From the human T2T-CHM13v2.0 reference genome, Homo sapiens, in NCBI RefSeq assembly GCF_009914755.1, contig NC_060929.1: DNA of 64,000 bases; one strand, 5' to 3'. Below are positions 55,839 to 64,000 of the stretch, one piece after another. The notes beneath the pieces are model-generated. The model did not search any database, had not been told where the DNA came from, and saw only the letters and a program-made list of their open reading frames with translations. Numbering within the stretch: position 1 is the first letter of the stretch; every line of letters starts with the position of its first letter. Made by a program: the position numbers and the translations under genes.

Positions 55839-57029
55839 TAGAAACAGTAATATATAATTTTATACACATGAGAAATAATGTTTTTATTTTAAAAAGTTTA
55901 AATGACCACAATGATGAAAAACTGAAGGAGGCTTTCTGAAAATTTCCAATGTGTTTCCTGGATTGTGAACAAGATAATGAAATTTTATGTTTTACTGAAT
56001 TCCTAGCAACAACTCGCATGTTGGTTACTTAAGAGAAAAATAATTTCTCCCTCCAAAACTGGCTTTGTGCTCATGGTAGATTTCAACAGAATCATTTAGG
56101 TAAAGGAAAAAAGCAAGTAAATATATTAAAGCAACTGAAAATATTTTAGCTCTGTAAGCAGGAAGAAGTTATATTCTTCTAGCTGCTGTATTTGAAATAT
56201 CCCTGAACAAAGTGCTGACAACTTTGTAGGGTGAAATAAATCTTTGACTGGATAGAGTGGATAAATTTGAGTGAACAGATTATTTCCATCTGCAAATTCT
56301 CTACTTCTTCTCCTCCACCTTTGGGATCCATATGTTTTGATTCTCATAGGTAGGAGTAAAGTATTAACTATGTCTAAGAATATGGTATCTCTCAAATATA
56401 CTTTGAAATCCTATTTCTGTGTTTTACTGTACAACATGAAAAATAGAGGGTATACAATGGCTAATTCACCCTAGAAGCCTCATGAAAACATTTTTGGAGA
56501 GAAAACTGCATTAAATGTATTTTTACCACTCATTCTGCTATCCTTATCACTGGAATATATTGCTGGGGTTCCCAAACGCCAGTGACGCTTCTGTTTTGCC
56601 TGCCTCTTCAAAGCTGGGCCTGGTACTTCTGATTGATTTTCATGGGATCAATTTGACAAAAATAACCTAGAGGAATCTGAATGGCTTAGAATAAAATATA
56701 TATTCTTGCTCATACTTCTTTATACTCTTGCTTCTGCAGCTAGTTGCATGGTGATGAGGAGTAACATTTTGAGCTTTTGATGCAAGTCCAATATTTATAT
56801 TTTAAGTTTTGTTAGGGTGAAACCAAGTTTACTTACCTATAACTATAATCCCCATTACATATCTTATTTGTTATTAATTATAAAACTGAAATGCACTGTG
56901 TTTAGGATTCAGTTATCTAATATTATCAAGTATGCTAGTTTAAAAATATATTTTTTCTTCTCCAGCATGTCATCAGAGCCTTCTGTAGGTTCTGAAGGGG
57001 GCTATCTGGGGGTTCCTGTCCATTAAAAA

Positions 57030-57395
57030 ATAGCTTTGTTAATATACAATTTACATACCATAGAATCCATCACTTTAAAGTGTACAATTTTATAGTTTTT
57101 AGCATATTTACAGATGTGTTCATCCATCACTACAGATGATTTTAGAACATTTTAATCACCTCAAAAATATCTTTTAGCTCCCACCCCATTCTCCCACCAC
57201 CCCCATCCTCTCTGTCCTAACACGAATCTACTTTGTCACAACGGACTTGCCGATTCTGGAGATTTCATATGGATGGAATCATACACTGTATGGTGTTTTG
57301 TGACTGGCTTCTTTCACTTAGCATAATCTTTCCAAGGTTTATCCATGTTTTAGCATGTACTCTTCTTATGGTGAATATTACTCCACTGTATAGAA
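57030..57395 (-). mobile_element. Old L1M (L1MB/MC-like) 3' end fragment, ending about 65 nt from the exon 15 donor
   Basis: tatacaatttacataccatagaatccatcactttaaagtgtacaatt...tggcttctttcacttagcataat...ccatgttttagcatgta. Confidence 0.7.
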
Positions 57396-57460
57396 ATATC
57401 TCTGTCAGTTTTTCAAAGATCATTTTGCACAGTGGGGCCATTATAAAATGTTTCACTTAC

Positions 57461-57583
57461 CAACACACACACGTCCATCCATGCCCACAGCCAGGCCTGG
57501 GGGACAGTCACAGCGGAAGGACCCTTCACTGTTGATGCAGTGCCCATTCATGCAGATTCCTGGGGTCTGGCATTCATCAACAT
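57461..57583 (-). CDS. FBN2: FBN2 exon 15, cbEGF6 ([41 protein letters not shown])
   Basis: 123 nt; acceptor CAG|AT, donor TTG|GTAAGT. Confidence 0.96.
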
Positions 57584-58546
57584 CTGTGCAGTGGGTGACA
57601 GAAGCCAAGCAGTTACTGGGTAAATTTAACGTTATTACAGGGTTTACTTGCAGCCACTGCTCTATACTACTAACCTTTTGTTTATAACTTTATAATTTGT
57701 GAAGAACAAATAAGTGTGGTAACAGGTATCATATACAAATGCAATCCTTTCAACACATTTCAGAATGCTTTACTTTACCTACTGAGGAAAAAAAAGCCTC
57801 ACAATCTTCTTTTTCATTATTTATTTGACAATCCCATTTAACGCTAAATAATTCAAATTAGTTAAGTAAAACAAATTCTTTAAAAATTAAGGTAAATTTC
57901 TGTAATTTTTTTCACACAAAGACACTTTAACTAGAAGTAGATGCTATGCTGATATTCATTTGGTCATTTGATAATAACAAAATAACTTGAGGTATGTCTT
58001 CTAATTTTCAATCCACTTGAATTTATCAAACGTAACCCAGCATTAAATGACTTCCCCAAAAGATGAAAGAGACTTCAAACACAGAGCTGCCGACTCAGGA
58101 ATACTTAAAATCTTCACAACATTTGTAATTAAATAATTAATAAGAACTAATTTCCAGAAAGCAGAAACTGGTGAGGTCGAAGTCATCTTTAGATGTATAT
58201 TGAAGTTTCTTTAAAAAGGCTGAAATAAAGTCACATACTGTAACATAATTCTACACACTGAAGCATAATGACAATTTCCTATCCTGTGTTAAATCTAAAT
58301 CAGCTAACCCTGAGATGACATCCCAGTCATGAGTTCAACCAGCAAAACTACAGTACTCCTCCTTCTTGGAGAGTCAAAAATTTGTTTCTTACTCAGAAAC
58401 ATAAGAATTCAGTCTCAATTTTTTAATCTCTACTGTCCCTAGAATTTCATTGTAATTCATTGAAATTATAAGAATTGAGCATGATCCTTATCTGGTACTT
58501 AGATTAAGTTTGTGCAATTGAAGGCAGAACATCATTGATGGAGTTA

Positions 58547-58900
<354 letters not shown>

Positions 58901-59563
58901 AATGTGCTTCTAAGTAGAAGCTGCAAAATGTATTATTCCACTTTATTAAATTCCAATTGTGAGTACAAACATAATAAGGTCTCATTTATTTCCAAGAGGT
59001 ATAACTTTAGCTTATTAAGGTTATCATTAGAGCTTGGTCTTCAAAATGGCTTTGTAAACAAAATAATTAATTGAAATATTAAAATTATGTCTTCACTAAA
59101 TCAATGTAAGGTTTTTAGATAATGACACAGTTACAAATGGTCTGTATATTAGCTTTATGGAAAAGATGTAATGCTAAACCCATAATGAATGACAGTGGAA
59201 AATCTAGTTCTGAGAATGCATAAAAAACAAAAACCTTTCAAGATTTTTTCTTCTTCTTTTTTATTCAGCCAAGCAGTTGAGAGAAATTATTTCTACGTTG
59301 TTTTCCACAAGACTTGCTAAAACCAATCTGTCAGTTCCTTAATTTTTCCTATACCATTATTATTTTTGTTAAGATATGACTGTTCCCTAGACCACAATGT
59401 GTGTTTTTCTAGAAAGCTTTAGACACCTGCCTTAGTGAATTAGCAAGAAATGTGAATAATATGAAAGCCACATGGGGAAGCTGAAGTAATTCTTCCATGG
59501 TTCATTCAAATAAAAAAGGTGGTTTCAATCATGGTCACTTTCCTATCTGAAAGCCACACATAC

Positions 59564-59686
59564 CAGTACAGTAACGCCCATTTGGAGCCAAGACAAATCC
59601 TGGTTTGCAGATGCACTTGAAGCTGCCATCTTCATTGATGCACATTCCATTCAAACACATGTTGGTAGTTGTACATTCATCATGAT
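59564..59686 (-). CDS. FBN2: FBN2 exon 14, cbEGF5 ([41 protein letters not shown])
   Basis: 123 nt; acceptor CAG|AT, donor CTG|GTATGT; ORF 59535..59768. Confidence 0.97.
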
Positions 59687-60583
59687 CTGCAGAAGAGGAT
59701 TGAGTGACTTTGAACACTGGCCTTGAGGGAACCAATTCCTTCTTCTTCCATAAACAACCCCCAGTCAAATTCCACTACCTAAATGAGCCATGTGCTCATG
59801 GCTTTTAGTTTTTTTTAAAAAAAGAACGCCAACTGAATGAGAAAAAATAGTGCGGAGAGTGGAAAGGACCTTCAGTATATGGATATAAAGGAAAATAATC
59901 AAATTTTGTGCTTAGCTCCTGTTAAAACCACATAAACCATGAGTAGTGTTACTTTGTGTACCAAAAAGATAATATAATTTCAATGAGTGTTTATTTTATA
60001 AGAAAATAAGGCAATGGCAGACCTCACTGCAAATGAAATGATCTGGACTTTCATTAGTAGATGAATATGATGTGTTACTTTGTAAACAATATTTCTGTGG
60101 TGTGTTGGTATCCATTGCACTGCTAGATATCACAAGCCACAGTTTTAGAGATTTGTGTACTGCATATGTCAAACATTTTTATATTCCTCCAGTTTGTGGA
60201 GGAAGGGAAGACCTTTTCTATTTTGTCAGTGTTGTAACCCCAACACCTGAAATACAGTAGCGGTCAGTAATTGTTTAAACTTATGAAGAATAACTGCGAC
60301 TTACAATTTAACTTGTAACACACAGGAAATTTTTAGAAGCAGTAAATTATTCACTGTTATAACATCTCCTCCCCTCCACCACCAAAAAAAAAAACCAAAA
60401 AACAAACAAAAAACCTGTCCTTTTGCTTTAACAGTCTTATATTAAATGCATTTGCATTTTACCTAAGTTACCTGAAGATCTCACATACGTGGTGTGTGAG
60501 CTTTCATGGAAATAGTACATGGTTCTAAATAAAAATGTATATCCTTTTAAAATCTTTTGCAAGGGAGCAGGCAATTTCCATAC

Positions 60584-60709
60584 CAACACAGTTTTTTCCA
60601 TCTGTAGTTAATTCAAAGCCGGCATTGCAAATGCACTGGAAACTTCCATCTGTGTTCACGCATCGACCGTTTTTACAAAGAACCCCATTCTGGATGCACT
60701 CATCAATAT
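60584..60709 (-). CDS. FBN2: FBN2 exon 13, cbEGF4 ([42 protein letters not shown])
   Basis: 126 nt; acceptor TAG|AT, donor TTG|GTATGG. Confidence 0.96.
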
Positions 60710-61603
60710 CTAGGAAGATTGAGAATGGCCAAACATCATTCTTTTACAATACTTATAGATAAACACAGTAAGATAAGAAATGGAATTTTAAATATTCAAA
60801 ATCATGTTACTTCTTTAGCAAAATTTCTGTCTCTCAGCAGTTTTTTTTTTTTTTTTTTGGATAGGTAGGTGCAAGCAATTTTACAGCTCTTATAGTAGCT
60901 GAAGTGGGAAAGGAAAAAAAAAAAGAGGGTATCCAGTAAACCTAAGAAAGGGTGGGCAAGACAGCTGGAATTACTGGTTGCAGCTGTTTTTCACATAGTG
61001 GATGAAGGCCTTAAAAGTCAGAACAAGATGTTGGATAAGTGTAAAGTAACTACAGAATTTCTAGATTAAGAGTAACACAATGAAAACTGCTGGAAAGTTG
61101 ATTCAAGCAACTACCTGTGGATGAATAGGAAATGAAAAAGAAGACAGGCAGTCATCTGGTAAAAGAATTCTGAGATGAATCAGCAATGAGGTAGCGCGTT
61201 TGGACCAGGGTGGTGGGTGTAGCACTGAAGCTGTGAATAAAGACCAGGCATGACTTGGTGTTGGACTATGTGTGGGATTCAAAGAAAACAGTAGTTTAAA
61301 ATGACTATAAATCTTAAACTCAGTTAATCAGAGAAGGTTACTGATGTTATCTGGAGAAAGGAAGCTCTGATCTAAGGAAGGAAGATAAACTGAATTTTTG
61401 TGAAAACAGATACCATGTTGCCTGGGTTATATATGCAAACATTGTTTATGTTTAAAGGAGAATCTCTGAGGGTATTACAAATAAATCTGTAATAATGTAA
61501 CACTTATTTTATTCCATGTTTTAATAAATTTACTTTTAACCTCAACAGCCTTGGTCACTATATTTCATGGAACATTTTCATATGTGAAAGCAAACTGCCT
61601 TAC

Positions 61604-61723
61604 CAATGCATGCTTGCTTGGTAGGAGTCCTCTGGAATCCAGCATGACATTTACAATAATAGGAACCAGGTGTGTTAACACAATCTCCATTAGTGCAGGG
61701 ATTTGATGTGCATTCATCAACAT
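61604..61723 (-). CDS. FBN2: FBN2 exon 12, cbEGF3 ([40 protein letters not shown])
   Basis: 120 nt; acceptor CAG|AT, donor TTG|GTAAGG. Confidence 0.96.
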
Positions 61724-64000
61724 CTGTGAGCAGCAAAAGAAACCATTATAGACTTCACTCCATTTGTAGAAATGTTTGTTTAAAGTACATTTAGTCCTCT
61801 AAAGTTTGAGAGAAGGCCAGTCAGTGGTAATAGTCTAAATAGCGAAGTATTTATAAATGAATGAAAATTCCTCTCTTCAAATACACTCAGAGGCCAGTTT
61901 GAGGATTTACAAAAATATCACCTTTTAGAGAGTACCATGGGAATTTGCTTTAATCAAGAATTAAAGATTTTTCAGTTGGAATAATGGCCAATGATTAAAA
62001 GCATGTGCCCTGAAAAGAGAAATAGGCTATAATGCTTATTGCTTACACCAATGTGGGCAAGTTAATAACCTCTCTAAGGCTTAGTAAAGTGCCAGAAGAA
62101 CAATGAAAGGATTCTGAAGATATATATTTATGTTACATGTTGTCACTGCTATTAGTTTTAAAGAAAGAGATTGATGGATTATGGAATGTCTTTGGTATAA
62201 CTTTTTTTTGGTGAACTCATCTATGTATACAACTATATATACACTAAAGCTTGGATAATATTTTGAAGTAAAAAAACATGAGGGAGTAGAAAATGAAAAC
62301 ATTTAAACAAAGCCTATTTTTTTCAGCAGTTTCAAGTTTCTTTAGGATCTTAAAATTGGCACAGTGATTTGTTGCATAAAATGAAGTTTTATGCAAATAC
62401 TAGTCGTGACCAAAAAGTGAGAAAGTCATGCTTTCCATTCAAGGTCTCCTAAAGCCTAATTAAATGCAAACCCATTGCAGGATTCAGGGGCTGAAAAACC
62501 AAATGACAGACTGAACAGTCTGGACTAGTTAAATCCCAGAGAAATCACGTGTGCCAGTATAAGAAGTTTAATTCATCTTCTCTCAGCAATGCCCACTAAA
62601 TATTATTTTCAATCCTTGCAAATTAAAAACCTGGCTAGTTGGTAGAGGGCATAATGATTTGCCATTTCATATATGTGTAGAAGCCATTAACATATACCAT
62701 TTCAGCTAAATTGGAGAACATAACAATAAAATCAGTTCACAGGTTTACCATTTTAATAAGCAGATTCCTACTTTCACAGATGTTCTTAAAAGAGGAACTG
62801 TACTGTATCAAACCCACCAACTTCATTTATGTAAACACTCAGACTGAATGCAATTAAGCCCCTTCTGGTAAAGGAAATAAACTTCATAGCAAATAAAATA
62901 AAAACAACAAAGAATAACAGGACTAAATCCTTTTCCATCCATCCAAGGACCCCTTCAGCCCATAAAGACTCACTTACATTTAAAGTTTTAGTTGATACCA
63001 TCAATTCTACTGAGCCAAAGGAACGAAGCAAAATGAGAAAAGAGAGAGAGCATTAGCAAGCATATAAAGTATAATAAATAGACTTTCCAATACGAAATAC
63101 GACCTTCAGTTCGCAGTGTTGAAGATCACTTCAATTTTGTGTTACATAATTGAAATGCAACAATTAAAAATGTGTTGTAGCTGTTATCTTTACAGCAGCC
63201 TCAACATAAAGCTCTGTTTGAAGAACATGAGAAACCACGCATCCACTCCCCTCTCTTTAGGTAAAGTTTCAGGAAAGCCACTTCTGCAGGACTGTTTTCT
63301 CCCCTGGAGAGTCTGCTCCTAAGGCTCCTTGTTACTATGGCAGCTCTGTCAGCTATTTTGCCACTACAACCATAATTCACTTCTGTCTCCTGAGCCCCTC
63401 AGGGACTCATCAAGGGTCTAGTACACAGAGAAGATGTAATCGTTCACTTAATTTTGGTCAAAACAATCACCAAAAAAGCAATTAGTGACTTTACAATTCC
63501 ATATGACTTTAAAACCCATTTGTTGTTTTTCGTTTGTTTTCTGGGATTTTCAGTTTTAGACTAATCACAAACGACCACTGCCAACTTCTACATGAACACT
63601 TCTGTCTCCTCTTTATTCTGAGTCTCACAGTCCTGGACCTCCAAGAGACCATGTTCGTTTTGTCTTGTTTACAGGAACAGAAAGTACTTAAATACTACGT
63701 TCTGTACATTTTGACTTCTTAGTATGTTTTCATTGGGGGGATGGGTATTTTTAAGCAAAATTCATGGGATTTAACCTCCTAAAATAAATTTTAAAATTAT
63801 GGAGAATGTTGATTATCAAAATTGTTAATTTCTCAAATACTACTATATAGCTAAGAAATATTTTCCCTTGAAAAATACTTTATATGCCAACTTAGAAAAG
63901 GCTTTGTTTTTTGTTTGCAAGGGCTCGAGGATTACCTGTAGCCCAATAGAAATTTAAATTATTTTTTACTACTCCAAAATAGAGTGACTTGAATTAAAAA

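Overview
Primate, almost certainly human, genomic DNA lying wholly inside the fibrillin-2 gene (FBN2), transcribed on the minus strand. I read 25 consecutive coding exons with GT-AG boundaries, totalling 3114 nt (1038 codons). Every exon is phase 1-1 and a multiple of 3 long. They encode cbEGF3-6, TB2, cbEGF7-9, hybrid 2, cbEGF10, TB3 (with an RGD) and cbEGF11-22. By recalled 65-exon NM_001999 numbering these are exons 12-36 (c.1604-4717), including the congenital contractural arachnodactyly (CCA) hotspot. Introns hold a 4.2-kb 5'-truncated L1PA with a nested AluY, about 20 Alus, L2/MIR/MER/LTR relics, a Y1-RNA retrocopy and microsatellites. I see no new protein-coding system. The most notable unexplained signals are splice-related: (1) an inverted 62-bp intronic copy of the 3' end and donor site of exon 27, (2) a candidate poison exon with a perfect TACTAAC branch point next to a (UG)25 tract in intron 31, (3) an exon-34 read-through tail, and (4) a twin-primed-type inverted Alu. 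Exon numbering and repeat subfamily names are from memory. Repeat boundaries are approximate.
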